64,000 nucleotides of DNA from Eledone cirrhosa (lineage: Eukaryota): NCBI GenBank assembly GCA_964016885.1, contig OZ024743.1:23808001-23872000 (forward strand), written 5' to 3'. The stretch's first letter is position 1; the number at the start of each line of letters is the position of its first letter. The notes below the pieces were generated by a model. The model saw nothing but the letters and a program-made list of their open reading frames with translations. It was not told the origin of the DNA and did not search any database. Shown in pieces: positions 13,728-26,578 of this stretch. Both the position numbers and the translations under genes were made by a program.

Positions 13728-13940
13728 TTAACCCTTTAGCATTTAAACTGGCTGTATCCAGCCAGACTTCTCTTGCCTCTTTCTGTTGAAACTGGCCATA
13801 ACTGACCACTCATACTTATGTTAAGATATTGTTCTCGAAATAGATATGAAAACCCCATAGATTCGATATTATGTGAGATAAAGTGTTTACTGTGAAAATA
13901 CAATAGTAAATATAAAGTAATGTAAATGCTAAAGGGTTAA
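13728..13940. mobile_element. piggyBac-type MITE flanked by 42-bp direct repeats
   Basis: Both TIRs; flanks 13690-13731 and 13937-13978 differ at one base. Confidence 0.92.
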
Positions 13941-14584
13941 TGATTGGAATGGAATAAGTTTTAGATATATACAATTAAGTCTATTTCACTATGTCACATG
14001 AATTAGATGGGTCTATCATACAATGCATTATCACTCTTTGTGGTATCTTTGTCAGCTTGTGTGTATGGCCTACACATCCTATAATCTGGCCTTACCATTG
14101 TACCTTATAATGTATTTCATCTTTCTCTGTCACTCAGCATCATAAATACTCAAGAATCATTTATGTATTGGAGAATGGTCTTATTGTGATCCCCCAATTC
14201 ACCTTTTCTCCATAGGTGCTCATTGCTTATCATTCACTCTTCCTGCAGCTTCATAGAAGTTCAGTCATCTCTCACTCTCTTATACCTTACTGCTCTTTCC
14301 CTTCTCTCTCCTTTTCCTCTTGCTCTCATATATAAACAAACAACAATTGCATCATCGGAATATGAAAATATTTTTTCATCAAACTTTTTTTTAAATTTTG
14401 TATTTTATCAAAACTGTCATATCTTTTTGTTTGCTATGTCTTCATCCTGTGATTACATACCATTCCTATCATTTTTGCAATTTTGCACAACAGTTATTTA
14501 AACATTATACATTCTTTATCTTTCAATAAGTTATGCACTTTTTTCTTTTTATCTTTATATATCCATTATTATTGTTGGAGTGAG

Positions 14585-15000
14585 GATGGTTGATTGGCAG
14601 TCTCAGTAGAACGTCAGACACCATGCTTTGCCACATAGAGTTATGGTCCTTTATGGCCTGAGTTCAAATCCCATCGAGGTTAACTTTGCCTTTCATACTT
14701 GCGGTGTCCATAAAATATATCACTCGTAATGTACTATCACTCGTAATTTGACTTTCCCCTTTCCCAAAATTGTTAGCCTTGTGCCTAAATCAGAAATCAT
14801 TATTATTGAAGTGTTTGACAAAATGATTTGCATCATTTAGATACGGCTCTAGACTTTCTGAGTTCAAATCCCACCAAGGTCAGCCTTGCCTTTCATCCTT
14901 CTGGAGTCAATAAAATAAAATATCAGTAAAGTACTGGAGTTAATTTGATCGGCATTCCTCTCCCTCAATATGACTGTCCTCATTCCTAAATCAGAAACTA
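14585..15000 (+). mobile_element. Two adjacent SINE family A-related copies
   Basis: GAGTTCAAATCC B box twice, each with the conserved body. Confidence 0.75.
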
Positions 15001-15843
15001 GATAGATTGCCTTGCAATATTTAGGTATGTTCTGAGTTTAGATTTAAATTCAGCTGACTCTAACTAACTCAAGTCTGTAGGTTCCTTTCCATTGGCACTG
15101 GTTGAACAAGTTGGCCCTCCAGTCCAATGAACATGCTGTTGTAGTGGCTTTAATAATTATAGTTCTGAGTGAGCGAATCACGGTCCCCCAATCTGATCCC
15201 TCATAAAGGGACAGCCCGTTCTACCCATGCTAGCATGGAAGATGGAGTTAAACGATGATGATGATGATTATTATATATATTGACTGATTGATTCTTAAAA
15301 AATGCTCTGCTTCATTCTATAATTTTAACTGCAAAATGAACAAGGTTCAATCTCAGCTTACACTTAGCTTGGAACTTCATAGTATATTTATTTTCTTTTT
15401 GCTCTTGGGATTCTGACATCTTATATTAGACTCTGTTTAGATCTTGGCTCTTAAGTAATTTGATTCTTTGTTCATTCCTGTACCAGTATGGCCTCTCACA
15501 TTCTATAAATACTGCTGAATCAGTTATGTATCAGCTTGGATTTTTAATCCCAGGCTACTAAAATACCTGCTGTAATTGAATGTTACACATGCATTATTTA
15601 TTTAGCTCTTTCTTTTGTTTATGCAAAACCTCAAACCTCATCATCATGAGACTTTCTCATTCTTTCACTGCAAAATCACTTTTCTTCCAAAAACAACTCT
15701 CTCTCTCTCACCACCATTACTCTTGCTTTTTGCTTAAGTTCAGTTAGTGCAGTACTTGCGGTTTTATCTGAATGTTACTCTAACCTTTTGTGTTATATAT
15801 AGAGAATTACACACACACACACACGCACACGCACACTCACACA

Positions 15844-15914
<71 letters not shown>

Positions 15915-16392
15915 AACAAATGTCATTTTAACCTTTCTCATATTCACTGTCTGGCTTTATTCATAACAGTCTTTATAACAATGTCAAAAGTAAGATTTAA
16001 CCTCTCTGTCTTAAACCATTTATGAAAAGTGGCTGCTCATGAAACCCAAGTAGACTTAGATAAAAAGAATCCACCAATATGCCACCTTTCTCCTTGTAAT
16101 GAGATAAAAGTGTGGAAATATGGATCACTGTATACAGTTAGTCAAATTGTTCCTCTGGTCTCAATTATTACATACTTTACATCCTAAAAATCCTGTCTAA
16201 ACATGACCTTAGCCCTAAAATTATGAGACAAGTATACAATTCTAGCTACTTGCTATTATATTGCCATTATTCTGTTGTAGTTAGCACTAAACTAGTGCCA
16301 AGTTGTTGAGATAGTGTCAAAATCAAAAAGAGGAATGTCTTTGAAATTATTGTTCACCTACCTGTCTCAGCTGCAAACCACAGTTACATGTG

Positions 16393-16458
<66 letters not shown>

Positions 16459-16871
16459 TGGTATTTATTCTAGAAGAACTAAGCATACTATTCCCAATGA
16501 GCCAACGTATCAACTTCTTCAAATTGATAAATTGCTGTGATGATTATTTCTTGATCAAAGATTTTTTTTTTTTTTTTTCTTACATTGATTTTATTTGTCA
16601 AAATCGTAAATGAGTATAACTATCATACATTGTTTCTCCTGAATGGATATGAACGAGAAGTAGGAATATAATTCATTCTAACTTTAGAAATATGTAATCC
16701 TTATAAACTTCTTCTGCTGACAACATCATAATCATATCTTGCATCATACCCAGCAAGATATAATTGTGGATGCTTCCATATATATATATATATACATACT
16801 ACCCACATTTTCACTAAATCAATGCATTACTGACAAGAAATACCTGGGAGTGCCATTCTTGTATACTATAT

Positions 16872-17163
16872 CAGTGGTCTCCAACCTTTCTATACCACAG
16901 ACCGGCTTCATGTTGGACAATGTTTCTGTGAACCGGTAGTTACACATGTGTTATTTAAGTGCATTTGGATAAAGAGAGCTATAATAAAAAGAGCAATTTA
17001 TTAAAGTAGATGAGTATTAAATATTTAAACAAATCTTTTAAAATTAAAGTCCAATATTCAATTTATCTATTATATAATTTTAAACAAATTATTTCTTTGC
17101 GGCCCAGTAGAAAATGATCCACAGACTGGTACTGGTCCGCAGCCTGGTGGTTGGGGATCTCTG
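16872..17163. mobile_element. hAT/Charlie-like MITE
   Basis: TIR CAGTGGTCTCCAACC / GGTTGGGGATCTCTG; imperfect 8-bp flanks TACTATAT / TGCTATAA. Confidence 0.75.
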
Positions 17164-17459
17164 TGCTATAATATATCCAAAAATGTCTCTATCACACACC
17201 AAAAAACTGAAGTCAAGTTGTCACACACTTCATTTACTCTGCATACTAACAAACACCCTTTGAGACACTCACTCTCTGATAGAAATGGTCAGTTGTTTTC
17301 AAACTGTACAACAAGGCTCAGTTTGTTAAATCCTTGCTGAGCTCCCAACTTGTTTGCCACAAACGATAGGAAATAACCATCCATACCATCCATAAACAAC
17401 TTTCACTATAACATAATATATTGCACTCGTACAACAACCATTTGATTATTAGACTTTAA

Positions 17460-17815
17460 GAGGGCAGTGAATTGGCAGTACCAGTAGAATGTTGGACAAA
17501 ATACTTTGTGGTTTTTAGTTACAACTTTTTATGAGCTGAGTTCAAATCCTGCCAATGTTAACTTTCCCCTTCCCTCAAATTACCGCTGTGACAACGTTAG
17601 AAAACACTGGCATTACAGGTAGAGCATCAGACATGTTTCACAAAATACAGTTATGGCTCTTTATGTTCTGAGTTCAAATCCCGCTGAGGTTAGCTTTGCC
17701 TTTCATCCTTATGGGGTCGATAAAATAAAGTACCAGTAAACTACTGGGGTCGATTTAATCAACTTTCCCTTTCCCCAAAATTGTTGGCCTTGTGCCTAAA
17801 TCAGAAACCATTATT
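17460..17815 (+). mobile_element. SINE family A-related copies next to the minisatellite
   Basis: B box and conserved body. Confidence 0.75.
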
Positions 17816-17858
17816 ACACTAAGACATTAAAATATTCAGGATTCAAAGCCTGTTTAGA

Positions 17859-19684
17859 AGGCATAGGTTGACTTCTGAGATATAGGTTGGCTTCTGAGGC
17901 ATAGGTTGGCTTCTGAGACATAGGTTGACTTCTGAGACATATGTTGGCTTCTGAGGCATATGTTGGCTTCTGAGACATGGGTTGGCTTCTGAGGCATGGG
18001 TTGGCTTCTGAGACATATGTTGACTTCTGAGATATAGGTTGGCTTCTGAGACATATGTTGACTTCTGAGATATAGGTTGGCTTCTGAGGCATAGGTTGGC
18101 TTCTGAGACATATGTTGACTTCTGAGACATATGTTGACTTCTGAGACATATGTTGACTTCTGAGACATATGTTGACTTCTGAGACATATGTTGACTTCTG
18201 AGACATAGGTTGGCTTCTGAGACATATGTTGACTTCTGAGACATATGTTGACTTCTGAGACATAGGTTGGCTTCTGAGACATATGTTGACTTCTGAGATA
18301 TAGGTTGGCTTCTGAGACATATGTTGGCTTCTGAGACATAGGTTGACTTCTGAGACATATGTTGGCTTCTGAGACATATGTTGACTTCTGAGACATAGGT
18401 TGGCTTCTGAGACATATGTTGACTTCTGAGATATAGGTTGGCTTCTGAGGCATATGTTGACTTCTGAGACATATGTTGACTTCTGAGACATATGTTGACT
18501 TCTGAGACATATGTTGACTTCTGAGACATATGTTGACTTCTGAGACATAGGTTGGCTTCTGAGATATATGTTGACTTCTGAGATATATGTTGACTTCTGA
18601 GACATATGTTGACTTCTGAGACATAGGTTGGCTTCTGAGACATATGTTGGCTTCTGAGACATAGGTTGACTTCTGAGACATATGTTGACTTCTGAGACAT
18701 ATGTTGACTTCTGAGACATAGGTTGGCTTCTGAGACATATGTTGACTTCTGAGACATATGTTGACTTCTGAGACATATGTTGACTTCTGAGACATAGGTT
18801 GGCTTCTGAGACATATGTTGACTTCTGAGACATATGTTGACTTCTGAGACATAGGTTGGCTTCTGAGATATATGTTGACTTCTGAGATATATGTTGACTT
18901 CTGAGACATATGTTGACTTCTGAGACATATGTTGACTTCTGAGACATAGGTTGGCTTCTGAGACATAGGTTGGCTTCTGAGACATAGGTTGACTTCTGAG
19001 ACATATGTTCACTTCTGAGACATATGTTGACTTCTGAGACATATGTTGACTTCTGAGACATATGTTGACTTCTGAGACATATGTTGACTTCTGAGACATA
19101 GGTTGACTTCTGAGACATAGGTTGACTTCTGAGACATAGGTTGACTTCTGAGACATAGGTTGACTTCTGAGACATAGGTTGACTTCTGAGACATAGGTTG
19201 ACTTCTGAGATATAGGTTGGCTTCTGAGACATAGGTTGACTTCTGAGACATAGGTTGGCTTCTGAGACATATGTTGGCTTCTGAGACATATGTTGACTTC
19301 TGAGACATATGTTGACTTCTGAGACATAGGTTGACTTCTGAGACATAGGTTGACTTCTGAGACATACGTTGGCTTCTGAGATATAGGTTGGCTTCTGAGA
19401 CATAGGTTGGCTTCTGAGATATAGGTTGGCTTCTGAGACATATGTTGACTTCTGAGACATAGGTTGACTTCTGAGACATATGTTGACTTCTGAGGCATAA
19501 GTTGGCTTCTGAGACATAGGTTGGCTTCTGAGTCATGGGTTGGCTTCTGAGACATAGGTTGGCTTCTGAGACATAGGTTGGCTTCTGAGACATAGGTTGA
19601 CTTCTGAGACATAGGTTGACTTCTGAGACATAGGTTAGCTTCTGAGGCATAGGTTGGCTTCTGATACATAGGTTGGCTTCTGAT
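17859..19684. repeat. 19-bp minisatellite, about 96 units (consensus TTCTGAGACATA[T/G]GTTG[A/G]C)
   Basis: Period 19 is directly visible; three units give the 19-aa repeat MSQKSTYVSEVNICLRSQH seen in all minus-strand frames. Confidence 0.97.
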
Positions 19685-20205
19685 TATCTGGTTCCTGCCA
19701 CTCATTCTCTTATCTAATTAACATGCACTGGAATTCCTTTCTTTTTCGTGTATTTTCCACACCCGTGTCTTTGTGATCTACTTACTATTACAGTCAGCCC
19801 TTCACAGGCTTTCTTCTGTACTAAATGGAGTAGCAGCTTTGAAATCTTGTGTTGGAAATAAAGGTTCAGCCACACATCTGGATATCTGGTTTCACTATCA
19901 CTTCTTTGCTCTTCTGCTATGGTTAGATCTCACCATCAGCTCATAGCACTTTTACACATATTACATATTGGTGAAAAATATTTTACAATTTTTAAAAATA
20001 GTCCAACTGATGCAAGCATGGAAAAATAGATGTTAAATGATAATCAATGATGATGATGTTGATATTTTGTACCAGTTTGTTTTACCTTTTCAGACTTATA
20101 CTGTCCTCCAAGATAAAGCTTGTTGGATTTGAAAGTGGAGTTGGGGGGTCTCTTTATAAATTATAGTTTATCAAATTTATTTATTTTTCTTTTCTTGTTT
20201 TCCAG

Positions 20206-20702
20206 GCAATTTTCTAGTTTTGAATTCAACCGTGATGGTGAAGTAGTTATGATTGCTGAACAATACCACCAATCACAGCAGCTTCAACTGCAACAGTCAA
20301 TCTCTTCTCAGTTACCTATGGTCTCCCAGTGTTTCTCTCAATCAGTTGATGTCTCATTTGATATGGATACTGAAAACCTTCCATTAAATCTCTCTGTCTC
20401 CAACAGCAACAACAGCGGTGGTGGTGGTGGTGGTGGTGGTAATAGTATTAACAATAATAATAATAACAATAACAACAACAGTAGTAATACCAACAACAGC
20501 CATCATTTTCACCAACACCACCCCAGCAGCAACAACAACAGCAACTCTTCTCCAATCCCTTCACCTGCCAATTCCTCAGCACTTTCTACCCAACAACAAC
20601 AGTTGCGTCCATCTGTGATAACTTGTGCCTTTGCCAATAGATATACAAGCTTGGCTACCTTTGTACCACAACATAGTCCAAGCCGTCGAGAACTTACATC
20701 AG
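20206..20702 (+). CDS. VGLL4: VGLL4/Tgi-like gene, first identified coding exon (first in-exon Met at 20249; an upstream exon is implied but not located)
   Basis: Polypyrimidine tract and CAG acceptor (AG 20204-5); donor G|GTAATT at 20703, phase 1. Encodes PLNLS, G/N/H/Q low-complexity runs and QQLRPSVITCA, matching the VGLL4 RPSVITCA motif. Confidence 0.9.
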
Positions 20703-22098
20703 GTAATTCAATAATTCCATAATTTTCTATCTTTACACATAATGTGTGGTGCATATTAGCATTCTGACACCTCATATAAAAATATTGATTTCATTATTTT
20801 TTTTTTTTTTTTTTTTTTTTACTCTATTTTGTTTTATTCATGTGGAAAATGGGAGTACATAGTTGTGTTCTAATAGGCAGCAGAAATGTTTCACTTGGCT
20901 CATTTGTCATAAGGGCGAATTTGAATTATGTATTTCTGATGAATTACATTGCCTATGTGTTTCAAATAATTTTGAAAATATACAAACATTTGGATGAATT
21001 TAATAAAATAACTTTTTCATTAGTAAGTTGATATTTAGAACATTAGTTACAAACATTATTTTTTAATGAAATGATGATGAAAGGTTTTAATGTGAGGATA
21101 AACATTTTAAGAACAGTTTTGTATCATAAATCCAGGTTGGTTTCAGGCAGTGTGGTCTGAAAGGGTTAATGATTGAATACTTTGTGCCTCTTAGTTCAGG
21201 CTAGCACTGAGAAGTTACATATTTATCTTCTTGTTCTCTATGATGCCAGGCTACTAACCTGGGAGCAATATTTTTTTTTAAGCCTTCCATTTCTCTATCA
21301 AAAGAAAGAGTAGTGCTCATGACTCTTTTTTTCAATACCTATGAGACTGGTGAAGGAAGGAAGTTAGTCTCAAACCACAGACCTGGCTTGCATGCTTTCA
21401 ATGAAGTGAACTCTGTTAATGACACCCAAGTAGACCATGGACAGATTTGAAACTGGAATGCAAGGAGCTAGATTAAATACCACAAAACATTTCTTCCAAC
21501 ACTTTGATACTCCTGCCAATTTATAAAAGCAATTTTGCAGAGTTGATCAGATATTGGACTACATATTCATAGCTTATAAGTTTAAATCTATTACTGGCAT
21601 TTTGTTAGGTTTCTGGACTGAACACTTTATTCTCCATAATCTTAATTTACCTTAGAAATAGCTTGGGACTGTTAACAGTGAGAGGCTGGTATCCTGTCCA
21701 GTAGGAGCTTTATCTTTAATCAACTTCATGCCATGAAACCAGAGATAAATACCTTAAGTGCTTCCCAACTTCAAAACAAATGCCACTCATATTAGTTATT
21801 GTGGGTCAGTGATGGAGGTATTTATCTCTAAAGTTCCAACATTCTAGGGTTAGTTATATATCTAGGTTAAAATCAAAAATCTTTTTTTCTTTACTTTGTT
21901 TTAATCTGATGTTGTTTGAGGCTGCATATCCTGACAAAATATGTAACACTAATCAGCATTATATGCTAAGCAAAACAAAAATTACTTGTGTTAATCGAAG
22001 AGATGAAGTCTGTTTACCCATGAGACAATCTTATACCTATGGTTTTCTAGACTAAAGCAGTGAAAACTAAATATCTTTGTCAGACATTTCAATGCTAG

Positions 22099-22315
22099 TT
22101 AACCCTTTAGCATTTAAACCGGCCACATCCGGCCAGAATTCTCTCGCTTTTTTTCTCTTCAAACCAGCCATAACTGGCCACTCATACTTATGTTAAGGTA
22201 TTGTTCTCAAAATGAATAATATCAAAATCTCATAGATTCAATATTATGTGAAGTAAAGCCTTTACTGTGAAAATATAATAGTATATATAGAGTAATGTAA
22301 ATGCTAAAAGGTTAA
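22099..22315. mobile_element. piggyBac-type MITE
   Basis: TIRs and TTAA duplication. Confidence 0.9.
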
Positions 22316-22707
22316 AGTAAGCAAAATTTCAACCAATTTTACCTGACTGACTCGACCAGCTGCAACTGATGTTTTGGAGAAATATAATTAATTTTAAGCT
22401 TGGAAAGGTTTTTGTAGCCATCTAATGCCATCACTTTTTCTTTCTTCTCATATCTGCCAATTCTTCATCTGCCTGTCTGTTTGCCAAAACGTTTACAGAC
22501 TTTCTGTTACAAATGGCTATTTACTATGACACACTATACAGCATAATTAAAGAGCTACTGCAGGAAACAGTTTTAAATTCAGGAGCATCGACATTTGTCA
22601 ATATAAGTGCTCTTTAGTCTATAAATCAAGCTGGATTTGGCAACAATCTTCAAGCATCCAGACAAACACAGTTATACAATGTGTACATGCATGCACACAC
22701 ACACACA

Positions 22708-22741
<34 letters not shown>

Positions 22742-23100
22742 CATACATACATTTTGTAACTTATCTGATAATTTATTTTTCTTCTTTGCCCACTTATTCT
22801 TGGAAGGGTTGTGAAGGCAGAGTTATCAAGCACGCCTTCCAGTGGGTCATCAGAAGTAACTGTCTCCAATTGATCTGGCTGGATCTGTAAAGGCGACCAG
22901 CCAAGCTCATAACCAAACTAATTATATAGTGATGTGCTTTTGAAATGGTCTAACTTGGGCCATTTTGTTTCAGCAAAAACATTTTCTTATCATTTTCATC
23001 ATTCTAATTCTCATTACTCTTCTCTTAAATGCGACATTTCCTTGTAAGCTGCTTTTCAAAATAAAAAAGCTTGAGGAACAAAAAATTATCTTTATTATCA

Positions 23101-23285
23101 GTGGTTTGGCAGTATCAGTAGAGCGTCAGACACCATGTTTTGCAGCATAGTTATGGCCCTTTGCGTTCTGAGTTCAAATCCCGCCGAGGTTAACTTTGCC
23201 TTTCATCCTTACGAGGTCGATAAAATAAAGTACCAGTGGTGCACTGGGGTAATCACTGGCCTTGTGCCAAAAGTAGAAACTTTAT
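23101..23285 (+). mobile_element. SINE family A
   Basis: Full-length with A and B boxes. Confidence 0.87.
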
Positions 23286-25196
23286 TATTTAAAAAAAAGA
23301 ATTAGATCTTTTTACTGCAATTTCAAAGTATATTTATAATAATACCTAATAAAAACAATATTAATTGCTAGAAACAGTAGTCAAATATCTCTCACATCAC
23401 AGACTACAGTCTTTAGCCATTTTGTTACTACATTTCTAAAGAAATATACTGTATTTCAATTAATTGATTAACAATTTGGAGAGATTTACTAAAATTATTA
23501 ACTATTTTATTATCAAGATTTTATTGGTAACATAACATGAAAAAGTTCTGATAGCAAATTGTTAGATTTTAATTTAAATAGGAACCTTTTAAAATGTGTG
23601 ATTTTGTTTCATAGAACCAGAGGCAGTTTTGGGCAGTTTGGTATCAAAAGAATTTAAAAAAAGGAAGAGTATATTGGATAATGATGTCTATGTCCAAAAA
23701 AATAGAATGGTCATATTTAGAGTGTCTTTGGTTCTATGCCTGTTCAACTAGGGCTGGTATGGAACTAAACAGCAGCAACAATTCTTAGTTACATATGTAT
23801 CAAAATAGTTATATTTCTTCTCTCGCTCTCTCTTTCTCTCCCTCTCCCTCCCCTCTCTCTCCCTCTCCTTCCCCCCCTCTCTCCTCTCTCTCTCCCTCTC
23901 CTTCCCCCTCTCTCTCCCCCTCGCTCTCTCTCTCTGAAGAAGAAGACTTTTTTATTTAAGATCATATTAGTTAGTACTTCAATAAACTAGTAAAATGTGA
24001 AAAGAATGCTGTGGTTGTAGATGTGAAAGAAAGCCACACCATGTAGAAATGGTGAGATTAATTGTAAGTTGACTGGAATACTATTCAGTATTAGTTTTGA
24101 TATTTAAAGATGTAGTGTCAGTCATATTCAGAACAGTGTGTTGGGGTGTATTTCAAGCAGTTTGTTTAGTGATATTTAGCAATGAAGTTTTGATGGTGGC
24201 GGCAGTGTTAATGACAAAATGAGGCACTCTGCAGTGATATAATTGTTATGGTTAACTAGTTTTCAGATGGATTGCTCAAATTGTCACTCATCTAAAAATT
24301 ATGTTTGCCTGCCGTAGTGATGCCTTAACTTCTGTAAGCTGACAAAAAAGCTGTATTTTCAGCATCAATTGCTATAGCATAAATTCTTCTTCATTTAGGG
24401 TGTCTTGTTTTTTGCCGTTTTTCTCCTTCTGTGAAGCAAGTATATTTCCATATAAAATGTAACTGAATACTTCAGCTCATTATATCAAGAATGCCATGTA
24501 TGTTCACTGGTATTTAGTACCACTTTGAAATGGTTATCCTGAGAATTTGTATTGAGAAACCGTAAACTACAAGAATGTTTTCTTTCTTCCTTTCTTCCCT
24601 CCCACAACACACCTAACCACAACATCCAAAAGCCCTTCGTTAAGATTTGTCAGATGTTGTTTTAACCCTTGCTGTGATGCTTACAAACTTACTCATCCAC
24701 TTCCTTGTTCTTACCTTTTTATCATCACACATCACACCCGAGTCTTTTATTTTTTAAGAACAGTGAATGTGACTCTAAAATTAACCATCACATGTCACCT
24801 GTTTTTTTTTTTGGTTTGTTTGTTTGTTTGTTTGTTTGTTTGTTTTTTTGTTTTTTTAAAGAAAAGTGAATGGGTTTCTAGAATTAACCAAACTTAAGAT
24901 ACATTACCTAAAATGTAAAACACATTACAAGCAGAATTGAAAATAAGACAGAATTGTTTTTCCTGGCCGTTTTGCATATATTTTTCTCTGTATTGATGAG
25001 CTGTTTTCTGTTAACAGTCCACAACCGCATCGAGGATACTTTTGAATTTTTCCCACCGACCAATCATTGCCCAGGCCCTAAATACTCTGGAAATCGATGG
25101 AGCTCGCTGCAAAGTTTATATTTTGACTAATTTTTAGCCTTCAGTTTTAGGCATATCATTCAACATCAGAGGCTGTGTTAAACTTTTTTAACAAGT

Positions 25197-26578
25197 TTCA
25201 TTGTACGACAACTACATGAGAAGTACCTAGCTAAAAGTAAACCCCTATACTTAGCTTTTGTTGACTTGGAGAAAGCCTTTGACAGAGTACCCCGCTCCAT
25301 TATCTGGTGGGCCCTTAGAAAACTAGGTGTTGATGAATGGCTTGTGAGAGCTATACAAGCCATGTATAAAGAAACAGTCAGCAAGGTTAGAATTAACAAC
25401 GAATATAGTGAAGAGTTTAGCGTAAAAGTTGGTGTTCATCAGGGCTCCATCTTTAGCCCCTTACTATTTATTATTGCCCTTCAGGCTATAACAGAGGAGT
25501 TCAAGACCGGCTGCCCATGGGAACTCCTATACGCAGACGACCTAACATTGATAGCTGAATCAATGGCCGAACTAGAGAAGAAATTCCAAACATGGAAGCA
25601 CGGCCTAGAATCAAAAGGCCTTAAAATTAATCTGGCTAAGACCAAAGTTCTAGTTTGTAGGAAAGAAAATAAGGCGGCGGTCCCTTCCGGGAAGTGGCCA
25701 TGCTTAGTGTGTAGGAAAGGCGTAGGTAGAAACTCCATTTTGTGTCAGAAATGCAAAGTATGGGTGCATAAAAGATGTAGTGGGATCACAGGTAAGCTAA
25801 CTAAGAACATAGATTTCACATGTGGCCGGTGCTCTGGTGCAATAAGTAGCAGCAAGTGCCCACAAAATACTAGCTCTTTCAATTGCGCAGAGGGTTCTAT
25901 AGAAATAGTGGACAGCTTCCGTTACCTGGGTGACAAAATCAGCAGTGGTGGAGGGTGCTTTGAAAGTACAGTAGCTAGAGTCAGAACGGGATGGAAAAAG
26001 TTCAGAGAGCTTATACTACTATTGGCGGCTAAAGGGTTCTCTCTAAAAATGAAAGGCAGGCTGTATGATGCCTGCATACGAACAGCAATGTTACATGGCA
26101 GTGAGCCTTGGGCATTGTGTGCAGAGGATATACGCAGACTGGAGAGGAACGAAGCTTGCATGCTCCGTTGGATGTGTAATAATACAGAAGACCCGCCTTG
26201 CCTAAGTACAAAGCGAAACCTACAGTCAGTAGGCACCTCTAACAAAAATACACCCCCGTCCCACCACCCCCACCCATTCACACCACCCCTTTCGATGTAA
26301 AGTTATGTTGGTACCACAACATCCAGTCCGAAATAAATGAGGTCGTGTAGGTGTCACGAAAAAAAAACACAGTCCACGCTGTAATGTGGCCGTGTAGGTA
26401 ACACGGTAAAAACCTCCCAGTCCACACTGTAAATGTGGTTGGTGTTAGGAAGGGCATCCAGCCGTAGAAAACCCGCCAGACAGTCCTACACGAGCAAGAC
26501 AACCAATCTTGCCTCAAGTGGGAAAACTCCCATCCAAACCCATGCAAGCGTGGAAGATGGACGTTAAACGATGATGAT
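25197..26578 (+). mobile_element. 5'-truncated RTE-clade LINE (RT domain with inserted C4HC3 finger, internal deletion, 3' UTR, (GAT)n tail)
   Basis: FVDLEKAFDRVPR, GVHQGS, LLYADD, FRYLGD, MLRWMC motifs; ends GGACGTTAAACGATGATGAT. Confidence 0.93.

Noticed and set aside
17814-19705. Long ORFs of 567, 620, 370 and 213 aa as protein genes, or the array as CRISPR
   Set aside because: They arise from a stop-free 19-bp repeat; there are no unique spacers or cas genes and the context is eukaryotic.
20120-20205. N-terminal part of the 200-aa ORF
   Set aside because: Intronic polypyrimidine tract upstream of the acceptor at 20205.
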